From Yuukianura sp. NJ FZ-2021 (Eukaryota), in NCBI GenBank assembly GCA_046563655.1, contig CM102284.1, forward strand, positions 4,898,001 through 4,962,000: a stretch of 64,000 nucleotides of DNA, in the 5' to 3' direction. Both the position numbers and the translations under genes were made by a program. The notes under the pieces were generated by a model. That model ran no database searches, had not been told where the DNA came from, and worked only from the letters and a program-made list of their open reading frames with translations. Positions 1 through 13,847 of the stretch are shown piece after piece (the first letter of the stretch is position 1; the number at the start of each line of letters is the position of its first letter).

Positions 1-684
1 ACCCCACAAACGCACAAAGTTCATTGTTCCAGCTCGCACAGGAAGCTGAAACTACCTTAGTGTCCACATTGGACTTCTTGTCCAAATTACAAGGAAATCT
101 TTGCAACACGAGTCAAAATCTGGCTTGTCTTCCCGAGGGTACTTGCGGATGTGCTGAAAATGACATGTCATCGGGCTACACCGTTTCGTTTGAGCGTGAA
201 GGAAACGCATGCGTCGTCAAAGCTGGAACCAACGCTGTTTGTATGTCAAAGGAAATGATGCCCAAAGCGACACAAGGCGGGGGTCCACCACCACCAATGT
301 TTCGCAACGCTGCTAGCGTCGATAGTGCGGTGACTTGTCCAGCATCGGAACGCTGTTTGATGAAGGACAGTATGGATGAATGTAGCAAGGAGAAAGTCCA
401 AAAGAAAATTGCGGCCGACATTGCAGAACAGTTGAAATCTGGCAAGTTAAATTTGGGATCGCTGATGGAAGGCCCTTGCGTCTGCGCTGGAACGAATCAA
501 GGTTACTATTGTAACGTCTTCTTTAAAGTGAACTTGGGTGAATTCATTTTTGAAAATTTTGCTTAAAAATTTAGAGCTCGAGTTACTGCCCAACCTCTTA
601 AAGACCAACCTTGGAACGAATCTTGCAGCGTCCATTTTGGTCATCACCGTTTCCACAGTGGTCGGCGTGATTCGGCGGTTTTAG
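1..684 (+). CDS. 3' part of a cysteine-rich, probably secreted or GPI-anchored protein (5' end outside window)
   Basis: Frame is open from the window start and has many Cys (CNTSQNLAC...CGC...CVVKAGTNAVC...CPASERC...C...CVC). Intron 502-574 (GT..AG) joins it in frame to ELELLPNLLKTNLGTNLAASILVITVSTVVGVIRRF*, a hydrophobic C-terminal tail. Stop TAG at 682-684. Confidence 0.6.
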
Positions 685-918
685 AACACAAAAAGCTTTC
701 GTAATTTCTAACCTACGAAAAATGTTGCCGTGAATCTCGTGGACGTGAAGATGACATTAAGTAAAACAAAAAAAATACAGATGTATTAAACTAATTCACC
801 TCCCTGTTTTTTCAAGTAAAATACACGCTAAAACTATTTGACAATGACCTAAATCTGACCTAGTTGAATTTAGCGTACGTACATGAAATCAAATCAAATC
901 ATTTCAAACACACTTCAA

Positions 919-1229
919 TCTAACATATAATACACAGTGTGTGTCCGGGTGTGACTAAAAGTCGGAATTCTGCTCACTCCTCGGATTTGTATGAGGGGTG
1001 GGAGTTTACATACATTTCTCCAAGCACTGCACTGACTTTTTCTCTCATAGGTACCAACTTCGAGCAAAAAATGAAAACACAAAAATTGGCTGCAGTAAAC
1101 CGGAATTGCATCCGCTGTATGCGGTTCTGCCAACTCGGATGCGTTTCGTTTGGACTTTAGTCTGTCAATTCGGTTACGTACGCAACAACCTAGGCTTTCG
1201 ATTTGCCGTGAGGCAAATCGAAAGCCTAG
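919..1229 (+). mobile_element. Non-autonomous Helitron-like element (311 bp)
   Basis: Starts A|TCTAACATATAATAC and ends CTAG|T, i.e. inserted between A and T with no TSD. Perfect 18-bp-stem hairpin at the 3' end (ctaggctttcgatttgcc-gtga-ggcaaatcgaaagcctag, 1190-1229). Confidence 0.65.
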
Positions 1230-1686
1230 TTTATCAATATCAGCAACAAGAAAATACTCAACTCGGAGTTGTATGATACTTCGCGTGGTCAGTTCAGTTG
1301 ACAGCAACACCCTGACACTTGTAATTTTGAAGTACTAATAGTGCCACAATAACAAAAGTACTACTAGATTTGTACAAATCGCAATTTAACTGAATTGATT
1401 AGATTCTGTCATAATTTACAGGTGTTTGTACTTGAAATACAAACATTCAGGGAATCAATTGAAAAACTGCGCAATGTTGCAAATTCTGCTTATCATAAAT
1501 CAACCGATTTTTATTTTGAACGTTTTACAAAGATATAAAAAGAACGATAGTAAGAACAACGTAAAAAGAAGGAACTGTAGTTTCACCAGGCAATATTTTG
1601 TACAGAGAATGAACAAATGTTGAATAACTTACTAGTACACAATATTTGCAGTATTTGAGCAATTTGATTTACATTTGACCTCTGAT

Positions 1687-4600
1687 TTAGTATGACGTAA
1701 GTAGCAGTTCGTTGAGACCTTGAGACTTTGGCATAAAGTGAGAAAATGACAGTGGGGTCTTGCGGATGTGAAATCGCACTGGAGTCTAAAAAAACAACAA
1801 GTATTTTTCAATCAAACCTGAATTTTGCCTTATTCCAAACAGGAAAAACAATTGATTCAAAAATTCTAACAAAGAAAATAAAAAGTTAAAAATAGTAAAA
1901 AGTCAAACGCCAAACCTTAGAGAGCTGCCCTCTAGTGAGTATTCCTCCATAGTATTTGAGATTCAGACGTTCCAGTATCCATGCCATTTGCTGCGGTGAC
2001 ACTCTCTTGATAACCGCTTTTACACCGTTTCCAGGCAATTGAGTTCCCTTCAACGCATTTCGTTTGACTGAAATTGCTCTTTGACCTACGTGGCCAACGT
2101 CTCCTTGATTATGCTCTGACTTTGTTTCACGAATTCGTCCTTCCTTGATATCAACTTGAATTGAAACATCACCAGCTCCAGACTCATGAGAATTTGTAGA
2201 GGTCATGACTATTGTGTTGCTTGCAGTTGCCAATTTCTTCTTCTCTGTCATTAACTTCCAAGCTCTCTGTACTACAAGTGCCGAAAAACGTTGTATGAAA
2301 GACTCCAATTTCTTGAGAAATGCAAAAGCTTCTTCCGTTAGAAATATTTGTTTAAGTCCAATTCGAAATTCAGTTTCTCTGCTGCTAAAGACGTGTGATG
2401 ACATCGTTCGTCTTTTGAAAATTCGAATTACAATTCCATGGAACAAGTCCTTGAATTTAGTATGCAAAATTCTGAAAATAAAGTAACAATGAGTTGGATT
2501 TGGCAGAAAAGTATTTTCCGGATACGAGCAAATTGCTCCAATTGCTTCGACTAAAATGTTTTGTTGTGAATTTGTGGTCGGTTAGTGTTAATACCTTATG
2601 GGGAATCCATTCCCAGTGATCTTGATGACATCAACTAGTCCAGCCGAAAATAACTGTCGTTTGACAACACTTGGAGAAATGTTTCCGATTTGAGTGTCAT
2701 CACTTGGTCGAACACATTTGATAAAATGTGTATCTTGATCTTCCTTGACTAAGTCCGAAACGAGATCATCTACTGACAACTTGAAGCATTGAAGAATTGT
2801 TTTCTCACGTTTACTACTCTTGCTTGCCCTTTGTTCGTTGGAATTGAGAGTTTCTTCAGTGGACTTGTTAAACAAAGAGCGAATAAACGCATTTGAGCTT
2901 CCTTGGAACAATTCCCGAAACTCGTCTGGAACCTGAAACGAAAGCTTGGAATTAACACAAAACATGTTTTTTTTTTACATTCGCTTGAAACCGTTGTAAA
3001 GCTTACGTTATCTGAATTTTTGTCAATCATTCCGACGAAGCGGTAGTTGACTTCTGCTGCATAATGCTTCACAACGAACGGACAACGTGAATCACTTGTT
3101 CTTCCGGTCCTTTAAGCAATTTACATGCATTAAGATATAAGGAGACACAAACAAACACTTCATAATAGTGCATGTGAACTCGAATGACTCACTGTATAAA
3201 TTTGTTTCCGTGTGTTAAACCCTTGACGCGCTGAAAGGCATCGGCATCAGAAACTTTTCGATTGAGGAGACAAGCCTAGAACGTTAAACATAATTTTCAA
3301 TTTTTTTTTAAAACATAAGTTATAGGTACTTAAAAAAAGGGTTTTATAAAGTTACTTCATCCAGCGCAAGGAAAATTGTGGTATGAATGCTCTTCAATCG
3401 TTCCTCAGATTCTGCTTCTATCATGAAAAGTTCTAAAGAAGGTATCAGATCGCTGTCGAGAGTTCGGAGTTCGTTTTCTAGAGATTTCATTGTTTGAATT
3501 TGGACAAGTTGCAGTCGTTCATTGGCGTAGTTGATGCAGAGTTGTTCCAAACTGTTGGAAGTTAGACTCTCGAAGCCGTATAAATCCAGAAGTGAAATCG
3601 AGTGACAGCTTGTCTGGCATGAGGATGAATCTGAACTTGGCGAGCGGACATTGAAAAGTGAATTGAGCTTCCGGAGAATATAGTCGAACAGGACGTTGTA
3701 CAAGGCACTGCAAATTGTGAAATTCCTGGTGTCACATTCTTCAGCACTGCTACAAGTTTTGCGAAAAACACTTTGTCGCCTGGCACGTCCACCTAACAGT
3801 AGAATTGGTTATGAAAACCAACTTAAATTAATAATCAGTTAAGGAATCTTCTTTTTATTGGTTCAAAACTTACCATGGACAGTGATGGTACTCGAGACTA
3901 GAATTTCAGAAAGAAGTATGGGATCAACTCCGAGTAACTGCGCCACGGTCTTTAGACCCTCTTCATCCAACGGAGTGTATTCGTTGGATTCACTTCCGCT
4001 TTCTGGCTCTTGTTCAAAAAGCGGTATGAAATGAATTCCAAGCAGCAACATGATCCCAAAAATCAAACGACAGATGTTTCGTAGCTCATGGCTTAGTTTA
4101 AGCGCTTGGAAGGCAAAGATCAAAGATTGTAGATTGATTGCGTCTGATTCTTGTTCCCCAGAGTAGAAATACACAGGTATGTGATCCTCCCATTTCAGTT
4201 TCCCAATCCCCTCAACATCATCCAGAACGTCTAATGTTCCGGACGTTATACCGGCCAGTACCTATGGAAAAATACGAAGTTTTATTTCCAACTGTAGCTA
4301 GAAACGAAGATTTAACAATTGAATTTTAAGTCAACTTACGTAGTAGAAAATGTGGAAGTTTCTTCCGGATTTCTCGAATTTGGAAACGCGATGTTTCTCG
4401 AGTAAGCAGGTTCTAATTTTTGCTGCCACGAGGCTTTTAGAGGGTACATCGTAGTGCAACTGAATGAAACGACCAAATCGGCTGCTGTTAGAGTTTGTAG
4501 AAGTACTGGCATTCCCCAGAGATTCCAACACGATTGTTGCAAAATATATCTGAAAAAGAATAAGCGAGGAAAAAATTAGTTTGGTTAAATCAGGTGTAGA

Positions 4601-5393
4601 CTAAAGTGAATATTTTGCATCACCTTTTTGTCAAGAGTTGTCGGAGTGTATGCTTCCGCTGCGTAGACCCGATTACTTTCCTGGATGAAGTAGCAAAGGA
4701 GTTGTTGGGTTACCGTAGTTTTCCCGGCCCTGAAAAAGATTCAGCAAATATTTTAACATAAATCTGTGAAAAACGGGGGAATCTTCTTAGATATATTTCC
4801 TACCCTGAATCTCCAGAAACGACGATAACTTGACCGCTTCCAGTATTGAATAAACTTTCCAGACATTTCTTCCCAATACAGAACACGTCTGGATTCTGAT
4901 GTGTCCTCCGTCAAGAAACAGATTTTGAAATGAATGTTTAAACAATCATCGCTACTTTACTTCGTAACTTTTAGTTAAGTTTACCTCACCTCAAGACTGG
5001 CCTCGCTAGAACCAAGTACGACTTTGTCAAGGTTTACTGGAAGAGACTTCCTTCCTTTCGAAGTAAGTGGATTTAAGGCAATCAGTACAGCGCCGGCGAA
5101 TGTGTAAAAGTTGCCATTTTTATATCTTTCTGTCAAGCATTCCACAACTGCGTAAAATCAACACAAACAATAATCTAAACATCATCATCATTCATCAATT
5201 TTTACAACGCAGCATAACAGGCAAGCTGGCTACTTTAGAACATACCTTTGGCAAGTGTGATTTCTTCTAGATCTCTTAAATCTGTAACGAGCGCAATGTC
5301 CACCTCGACATTATTCGTTCCAGTTCCATAGGGCTCCAATGTTGATTTAATTTTATCTGCACTCCTTCTGCCAAGTGTCAGTCGACCTGGCAT
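1687..5393 (-). CDS. MYO19: Unconventional myosin class XIX (mitochondria-associated myosin), multi-exon
   Basis: Spliced motor motifs: VVECLTERYKNGNFYTFAGAVLIALNP, P-loop VSGDSGAGKT, GNASTSTNSNSSRFGRFIQL, LLEKHRV..RNFHIFY, LLDLYGFE..NSLEQLCINYANERLQ, HFIKCVRP. Short tail ends TPVRFHIRKTPLSF..GLNELLL, matching the Myo19 C-terminal motif as recalled (IKFHCRKSPL...GFNQILL). ATG 5393, stop 1687-1689. Confidence 0.85.
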
Positions 5394-5698
5394 CGCCTGT
5401 GTAAGAATCAAATCTCTACTTCATCGAACGTTTAGTCGTCTTGCCAGTTAATTGGTTCACAAAAATACAATTGCTTTACGTACCAAATCGTTGTGAATTC
5501 CGTTTGACGCCTTTGTTCCTTTCAAAACAATGTCTCACCTAATGAAAAAGTTAGACTAATTAATAATATTTTACTAATTTATAATAATCTTTGTTATAAT
5601 AATAAACAATGAATTGAACATAGAACAATGAAAAAATTAAACAAACACAAGCGCAGAACATAAAAACAATGAAAGTTCACTAAAGTACTATAATTCCC

Positions 5699-5715
5699 GG
5701 CGGGAATTTCCCGCC
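5699..5715. promoter_or_regulatory. Inverted pair of E2F-like sites (GGCGGGAA-T-TTCCCGCC) upstream of Myo19
   Basis: Perfect palindrome containing TTTCCCGC in an otherwise AT-rich region, about 300 bp upstream of the Myo19 ATG. Confidence 0.4.
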
Positions 5716-7083
5716 TATTTTCTATGTACCGCTGCGTGTAAAATTTGAGTACGGTTAATGAAGGTCAATGTAACCACAAACCACCTTTAATGGCTACACG
5801 AGTGGCAAGTGGCAACGGCAACTTAGTAGCGTATTTAACCGAACATCGAATGGAAACAAAACTTTTGCACATAGTGGCCACCAAGGTGGTGGCATCAGCT
5901 GTAACCACAAAGTGGCCAGGCTACATTGTGCGTCTACAATGACGTTCGTTATACATTACTCCAACCAAAATTGATCTTGTGCCAAGACGTTTGACAGGAA
6001 GTGAATCAGCTGACAGTAGTGCGAAATTCCCGAGTTCCAATCTCAGCTGACGTAGCACAGCAGTACTTACGTCTGACATCAGCTCCGCTCTGCAGGTAAA
6101 GCAGTTGCGCCTTAGTATCAGTTTAGCTAAGCACTGACCTTGGCATTCGTTTAAGTCCACTTGTATCTGGGAAAGCAAAAAGGAAGGTGGTGTGATCTCA
6201 AAAAAAGCCGGATCTCTACGTAATCTTTGTGTGGGTAAGTTAATTTCTATTCCAAGAATTTTATTTTTAAGTGCATACCTGCTAAAACCTAACCTAACGT
6301 GGAACTTTCTGCGTGGAGATGACACTGAGGTGGACTTTGCAATAAGTTAAAAGCTGACATTGAGTATTTCAGAACTCACGTGGAAACTCGTTTACGTTTA
6401 TTAGTAGTAAAGTAAGGCAGTCCTACTATTCAACCGGTTTCTTTCACTGTACGGTTTACTTTCTTTTTTGTGCAGGTCTGTGGACTTTGGACTCGGAACT
6501 GACGATACTTTCACGCCATCATCACCTGTCACTCCACTTTCCACTTCCCTTGGCAGAAAAACACACGAACAGCATCGGTGAGGGTGAAAACAATTCAAGT
6601 CTGAAGGAAATCCATCCTGCCGTTCTCATACGTTAAGTGAGCAAAGTCCAATTCAATATTCGCTCCATTCGCACCTCACCCAACAACATCCACCGTGTCA
6701 TTGCGTTTTCACAAATTGCCGAACAAAGTCCAGCCTCATTCATTGCCAGTTTATCGTGTGAGATTATCATTTTATTTTTCTTTTGGCAATTCTCGTAAGG
6801 CTATATAAAGCTGGCAAGTGCGTCATACGAATTCTTGGCGTTGTTGCGTTCGACCTCGAGCACTACTGTTAGATCCTTTCTTGACTAAAGAACGTGTCGA
6901 CATAGTCTTTTGTGCAAATCATAAACTCAATCCTTTCAATTTCCAGGTGAAAGCTACTCGGAGTGAAGAGCAGCGCAGATCAATAAATTGAGCATAAACC
7001 CACTTCAATTATTAACCCGAGTGCTGTATTACCAGAACCTTCCTATTTCGCCAAAATCGATTTTCACTATCATTTCTGACAAC

Positions 7084-8613
7084 ATGGTTGAGCAAGTGGT
7101 GAATAATAATGTGGGTAAGTTAGCCTCTAATTTTTGGAGTCCTTCATCATTTACTATCCAAACATTATTTAGTTACTAATTTTAAAACGTTTTAATTTAT
7201 CATGAAGCAAACGGTATCGTGAAACAACGTTCACAAGGCGGGAAAGAAGAACCAACAACGAAGGCCATGGACTCGGAGAAATCGAATGCTAAGAAAGAAG
7301 CATATATTGAAGAGGACCACGCTGACTTTGGAGTTTTCGCTGTTGAATATCCGGATGCAAATGTTGAGGAAGCAATATGGCCAGTTTCATCGAAGACTGA
7401 AAACAAGCCGCTCGTTGTCGTCCTTCTAGGATGGGCTGGAGCAATCGATAAACATTTGGCTAAATACTCGGACATTTACTTGTCTCGAGGGTAAAGTACT
7501 ACTTATGGAATGCACATTTAAGCATCAATTACTATAATTTGTCGTTTTGATTGTTGATTTTCAGATGCATTGTTGTCCGTTACACTGCTCCGCCAAAAGT
7601 TGTCATGTACCACGATGATCAACTTCCGAGACTGGTGAGTAGGTTACTTGCTTTTCCTGGATTGCACCAGTTTTTTATCAGATTTGTAACTTTTATTCCT
7701 TTTTTTAGACTGCTAAACTGATTGAAAGGTTGAAGAAGTTCGAACTGGATTCGCATCCCATGTTCTTTCATTTGTTCTCCAACGGTGGTGGATTCACTTA
7801 CTCGTACATGCTGGCGGAGCTGGTATTTCTCCGTGAACACTTCGATATCCGTGGAACGATTTGTGACTCTGCCCCAGCTCCGAGGCGACTAGGCGGTTAC
7901 TACCGAGCACTGCTTACCATTTTGCAGCCAAATTATGGCATGTACGAACGACATTCTTAGTTTTCCAATTCCTCTTACGACAGAACACGGAAGATTTTAA
8001 ATCGGTTTTCCGTATTTTTTCAGGTTTCGCTATGCAATGGCGGCTTTCATGGTTTGCCTTTTGGTCGTATCCATGTTCTGGGCATATATGAAGAATGCCT
8101 ATCGCTTCTTGAAGCACGGAGACATCATTGGATTTGAGCGATGGCATCCAACACACAACTGGCTAGGACGGATCTCACAGTATCGAAAGCACAATTTCCT
8201 TCTCATTTACTCTGATGCAGATACCATCATTCCCAGGTTCGTTTTTATATTAGGATCGATGGATTTATCGAATTTCATCAAAAAATTGTAGAATTGCTCC
8301 AACATCTTTTGGAATTTAATCATGAATTATTATTTTCAGCTACTTGGTTGAAAAGTTTGCCCATTTCGTTGAAAAGAACAACAATGTCAAGTATCTCAAA
8401 TTCACGGACTCGGCACACGTTCAACACTATCGTGCTTATCCGGAGGTTAGCAAAAACTAAACTAAAAGTACAACTGATTCGGAAAGGAGTTTTTAATGAT
8501 TCTATACTAACTTTTCTAATTTGTAATAGGAATACGTTGGAGCCATTACTGACTTTGTCCGAGAAGTGATGGGCGCTGGAGAAAATCAAACTCAATATCC
8601 AACTCAGTATTAA
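7084..8613 (+). CDS. TMEM53: Transmembrane protein 53 (DUF829 alpha/beta-hydrolase-like), multi-exon
   Basis: Motifs VVLLGWAGAIDKHLAKYSDIY, FFHLFSNGG, GTICDSAP, LIYSDADTIIP and FTDSAHVQHYRAYPE are joined across GT-AG introns. ATG 7084, TAA 8611-8613. Confidence 0.9.
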
Positions 8614-9553
8614 AATTCCTCAGAGTCTACGATTCTGAAGTATTGGATCTGTCATCGATCAATTGAACAAAGAAGTTATTGAACTCCATGCTGGAACTGG
8701 AGTTAAGTTAGTTAAGGTCGGAGACATGTTAGGTCTGATGTCCTTGTTTACTAATCGACATTAGGTCATTTCTCAGTGTCCTACCAGTGATCTACATTCA
8801 GCATTTTCATTTCCAGTCTCTTAGTTCTAAATATTAGGTGTGTATCTCGAGTCTCTTTGTGTGTTAGTTATTCGTTTAGCTTACACAATTTGTTTTGCTA
8901 AATCTAATACTGGGTGATGAACTGGTCCTACAAGTATTGAACAATTTGCTTTAATTCAGTAACTTCAAAATATTTATTAAAACAGTGTTAGTCATCGAAA
9001 AATGCTGTGTTTGTTATTACTTATTTGTTAAATCGTTAGAAGAGCTAGACCACAAGGGGTATGCGCTTGAGCGCTTTTGGTTATTCCGGAAGTTACACAG
9101 CGAGAAAGCTATCCACAGGTAAAGGGGAACGAATAGAGAAAGTTCAATTAATTCTTTCTCTGGCTTTGTTCTGAACACAAGGTGGCCAATTCCGTGGAAC
9201 AAAAGCGTTTTGTTAACAGCGATTCCTTACGGTAGCATAAAAATTGTTACTTTAATTTAAAATTTTTTAAAAATTTTAAAATTTTACTTTTATTTTTACT
9301 GTTCAAAAATTTTTGCAGTAAACCTAATGCTTTTAGGAGAGTCATTTCCTCGTTTCATTCTTTTTCACTTCACATAGTATTAGTACTACTAGTCACATCA
9401 CAGGTCAAGGTTTTGCGGAAGGTTTGCAATTCCTTGTCAAAATCAACAACTGCATTGCACATTTCCGCTTATTTGAAGTTTAATTTTCGTTTTCGAACAA
9501 TTTTTTGAAATTATTTCGACTTGTTCAATTCACAGCAAATATAATCTTGTGTC

Positions 9554-9895
9554 ATGGCGGACATTGGAACTACTGGAGCCGACGGAGTGGATAAAAGTGA
9601 CCCGAAAAATATGCAAGAGTTGACTGAATATGTAAGTAACATTAATCGTGAAAAGCATTTACGGTATTTAGTTTAGTTAATTTGAATACGTGTATACTTT
9701 GTTAATGGTTTTCAGGTTCAAAGTCTTCTGCAGTCACTGCAAGATAAATTCCAAGGCATGTCGGACCAAATACTGAACAGAATTGATGAAATGGGAAGTC
9801 GGGTCGATGAACTAGAGAAGAATATTTCGGATTTGATGACCCAATCTGGTGGCGGACCACCTTATGATGCTGGAGCAACTGAAACTCCGCGTTAA
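9554..9895 (+). CDS. HSBP1: Heat shock factor-binding protein 1 (2 exons)
   Basis: Spliced product [71 protein letters not shown]... is the HSBP1 coiled-coil signature. It is absent from the ORF track because it is short and split. Confidence 0.95.
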
Positions 9896-10459
9896 ACGTC
9901 AAAGTAATTAGAAATGTACACTTCGAAGGTTCGATTAACGTAGGTCATAGTTCGTTCCTCTCGTATGCCTTTACCTATTCAGAGGCCAGTTTTTCATAAT
10001 TTAAGATATCATTGGACTACTTTGGCAAAAAACCTGTGCCTAATTGACTACGTTTCAATTAACGATCATTGCTACATTGTCTAATAACGTAACCTAATCT
10101 AGCTCATCATGGTTTGCAAATTGCAATTTATACTGAACATTTTTTCGATTACGTATGACATATTTTTCGTTTCTTAAAGTTCCAGTTTGCTCAGTTAAGT
10201 TATTAATCGATTAAGAAAGTCCGGAAACTTGCAATTTTCGAGATCCCTGAAGATACCCGACACTAACCAGCAATGCTAATGTGGAACTAATTCCGTCGTA
10301 AACATATCGGGTTCCGGACCGACAGAATTGTTATTATTTCAACATGTTTTCTACCAGATACTGCCAGTACCAGGAGAGATTTGGTTAAAATAAATTAAAA
10401 CCAATTTATTCCGTTCTGAAATAATTGTGAATAACCTAACCCAATTTAAGTTAAAACGT

Positions 10460-12943
10460 TTAAAACGATGGTAGCACGAACTCTGAGTTGAACAAGGCAG
10501 TTTCATCTCCAATGTAGCAAGACAGGATGAATTTAAGTTTGATTTCCTTTGACGATTTCCCTTGTTCAGGAAGAGGCGGAACCAAAATCAAGGCTACTTG
10601 GGTTAAAAGCGGTGGGCTTAGAAAGCGTTTCCTCCACGGACTCAGTTCAGTACAAGACGGTGGGAACAGTTTCACCTGTAAATTGAACAAATCACGAGAC
10701 ATTAATTTCCAATTTTAGTCAATTAGCCACACGCAAAGTCCTTTATTGATATATTTAACAATTTTACCTGAAATCCCTTTGGAGGTAGGAGTTGAAACGA
10801 GTAGTCAGACACAGAAGAAATTGGATTCCGATTAGTCACGGTAATTACGCTGACTTTTACGGACCGTGGAAACCCTGGGAACGTTCCAAATGTAAAACTC
10901 AGTTCAACCAGGTCCTTCCTATTTGTATTGGAAATGGAATCCAACGGGATCATAAGTGGGGTAACGTCATCCAGTATTTCAATGTTCTCTAAATCCAGAT
11001 CCTGTATGCTGTCCAAGGAGAATCTAGAATTCGTCGGAGGTTCATCGGTTAACAATCGGTTGTCTGGAGCTATTCCGGATACTGCGCAAGTTTTATTTGC
11101 TTTTTGAGAATCAGCATCGTTGAGAAGCAGGATTTTGTCATCCTCTATTGTCGAATGTACTGCGGTGGGGTCGTCCTTGTTTGATGACTTGGTGGTTGTA
11201 CAAGATTTTTCTAAAAATTCTAAATCCAGCAGCGAGATACTATGCCTAGGTGTACTTTCTGGAGCGAGGATTGACATTGAAGAGGTTGTTTTAGAAACTG
11301 GTGTTGAGATGAAAGCTGGAGAATTCTTCTGTAACTGGTTCAGTGTTATTTTCTGGGTATTACTGTTGGTAAAAAAAACAAAATGGGGGATGAGTTACAC
11401 AAAAAACGTAAAGAATTTGACAGTTTTCGGCAGTACAATGTCAATTACCTTCGCACTTCTCCAGTAAAAAGTTTGCTGCTGACTTCTCGTCCCATCAAAT
11501 TTTGTTCCATCAGTTGACGACTGATGAGACTCAGCTCATCCAGTCCAGCACCTTTCCTATTAGTATTGGAATTCGATGTCGCAGTTGCAGTGGTATCTTT
11601 TTGTTGAACTTTGGTAACGTCCAGGTCAATGTCAAAATTTAAAAGATTACTTCCTCCATCATCGTCTAGGTCACTTCGTTTCACGCCGTTTTCACTCGCT
11701 GGTGATTGCCCAGCAACAGCCACAGGTCCAAGGTCCATACCAATCAGTAGTTCGTCAGCTAGCGACAGCTTTGGTGGCTCAGTCGTCTTGGTGGCTTCAA
11801 GCACTGGATGTTCTATTAAGTTGAGATCCTGCGATTTCGGTTCAGCTACGGTTGTGGTCTTCACTTCGTTTTTTCGTCGTTCGTAAAACTCAAGAGCCTT
11901 TTCTATATTTTCACTTGCTTGCAGCAGTGAACATGTTTCTTCATTCGTTTCAGTCCCGATTTCACCCAGTCTGTTCCTCAATGTTCGACAACTGGAGGCA
12001 AGGTCATCCACAATTTCTTTGTCAATTTGTGGCTGGCTGCACATTTCAGTGAGTAGAGTGGTCGACGTCTCGATTCGGTCTATGAGAGAATGAATTTCGG
12101 ATCGTCTTTCGTTCCTTTTGGTTTCTTCGTCAACCAAGTTCTTGATGAGACGATTTGCAGCTTGTAAGTCAGAAGGATCCTTGGATTGCAGTAACTTCTT
12201 GAGCAAGATTGCATTTTCTCCGCGTTCAAAAATACTTTTGTGGAATTCGGCATCCGGGTCCTCGGCATTGGGCTGACATAAAACACGATGTTTTACTTTT
12301 CGTATTTTGAAGTGTGAAATTAGGGAGTTCATGAGCTTACAAGAATGACGCCGCCCTCCACAAGCGAATTATACACAGCATCGATTTTTGAATGTTCAGA
12401 AGGAAACCATTTTCGACGTTTGGATCCTGCAGCATCCGTAAGAAACTTGATTGCTCGATCCTTCACTATAGGAATGGTTTGTGTTCCGTAAAACTTCGGT
12501 GACAAAATCCTGATAAGTTCGTTAAGGAAGCGATATCGTCCCACTTCAGTTCGAAATTCAATGGAACCTTCAGTCTCTAAATTCAGTGCAGCTTCCAAAA
12601 TCTGGGAAAAGGATTAAGCAAAAATCAATATTTAGGAATTCATTTGTATTATTATCTTGCATTTAACAACAAAATCATAAGTTTACATCGAAAGCCCGCA
12701 TTGCTTGAGTCTCCGACCCTGACTGAATTTTTGAAGCCAACAACTTGGAAGTTATTAGTGGGCCTGATGTGGTCTTCCGCATTTCTTTTAAGAAGTGTGC
12801 TAATTCCGTCTGTGGAACTGAACGCTTTTGAAGAAGTCCTTCTATAATATGAACAGTACATTAAACTTTGCAAGCATAAATAGCTTTTAAACCCACACAG
12901 CTCCAGTTAAGATATGCTTACCAAGATATGTCGAGAGATCCAT
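10460..12943 (-). CDS. GGA: GGA adaptor (VHS-GAT-GAE), ADP-ribosylation factor-binding protein
   Basis: VHS: GPLITSKLLASKIQS...EVGRYRFLNELIRILSPKFYG. GAT: LLKKLLQSKDPSDLQAANRLIKNLV. GAE: FQLLPPKGFQ|VKLFPPSCTEL. ATG 12943. Confidence 0.9.
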
Positions 12944-13847
12944 AGTTCGTCAACTGGAAACTGTTAAACTGTTGAAAACACTTGACAGACCAGCGAAGCT
13001 CCGCCTTGAAATTTAATAGATTTATCTGTTCCGTCCGTGCTCTTGCCCAGCCCGTCCCCGCTACCAAATTCCAAATCCAAGCCCTAAACAATAAACAATT
13101 TAAAAATTCAGTTTTAACAATTCTACTTAACTTTCACACAATTTTCCTATGTTTAGGCGTACCAATTTCTTCGGGGGACAACGACATTCACTGCTGAGCT
13201 GAGCAAGAGTACAACAGTAATAAAGTGAGCACTTTATCAATTGCCAAACTTTTTCAAAATTTTACGAATAAAAGGGCTTGTCAAAATTCAAAAAACAGAT
13301 TTTATTTTATTTTTTTCTCATTCTAAAAATTTAAAATCCGGTTTGACTAAAAGTCACTTGCACTGCCTGAATCACCCAGTCCACGAAAACATAAACATTG
13401 AACATGTGTTTATTGGGATAAAATTTAGCGGGAATTTTCAAAATGTTGCAATTTTAAAAAATCAGTCGTGTCATTCATTTCATTGGGTCTTTGTCATTTG
13501 TGCTTTGTGCATGAATTTGCATACCTAAGTTCCAAATAAATTGCAAATTTGCCATTTCATTCATTTTCATTTGTCATTTTTACTTCGTCGGTCGTTGACC
13601 TTTGTGCTCCCAGCTGAGGCTGTGAACCACTGTTAAATTTTAGAAGTTTCAGTGTTTGATTGATACCTTGAAAGGTCAAGTTTGGTTAGAGCGGGAACAG
13701 CGACGTCTATAAAGTAATAAGACTTTTAACGTAATATTTAATTATCAATCATCAAATTATCACTAAGGATTGTTTTTCTTGCAGATTGTCTCGTTCGTCC
13801 TACAGTCCTCGATACTCAAATCTCATCTGTGTGTTTTTATTTTCAAG

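Noticed and set aside
5745-6598. ORFs of 65-134 aa between Myo19 and TMEM53
   Set aside because: No motifs, mostly non-ATG starts; more likely promoter, UTR or intron sequence.
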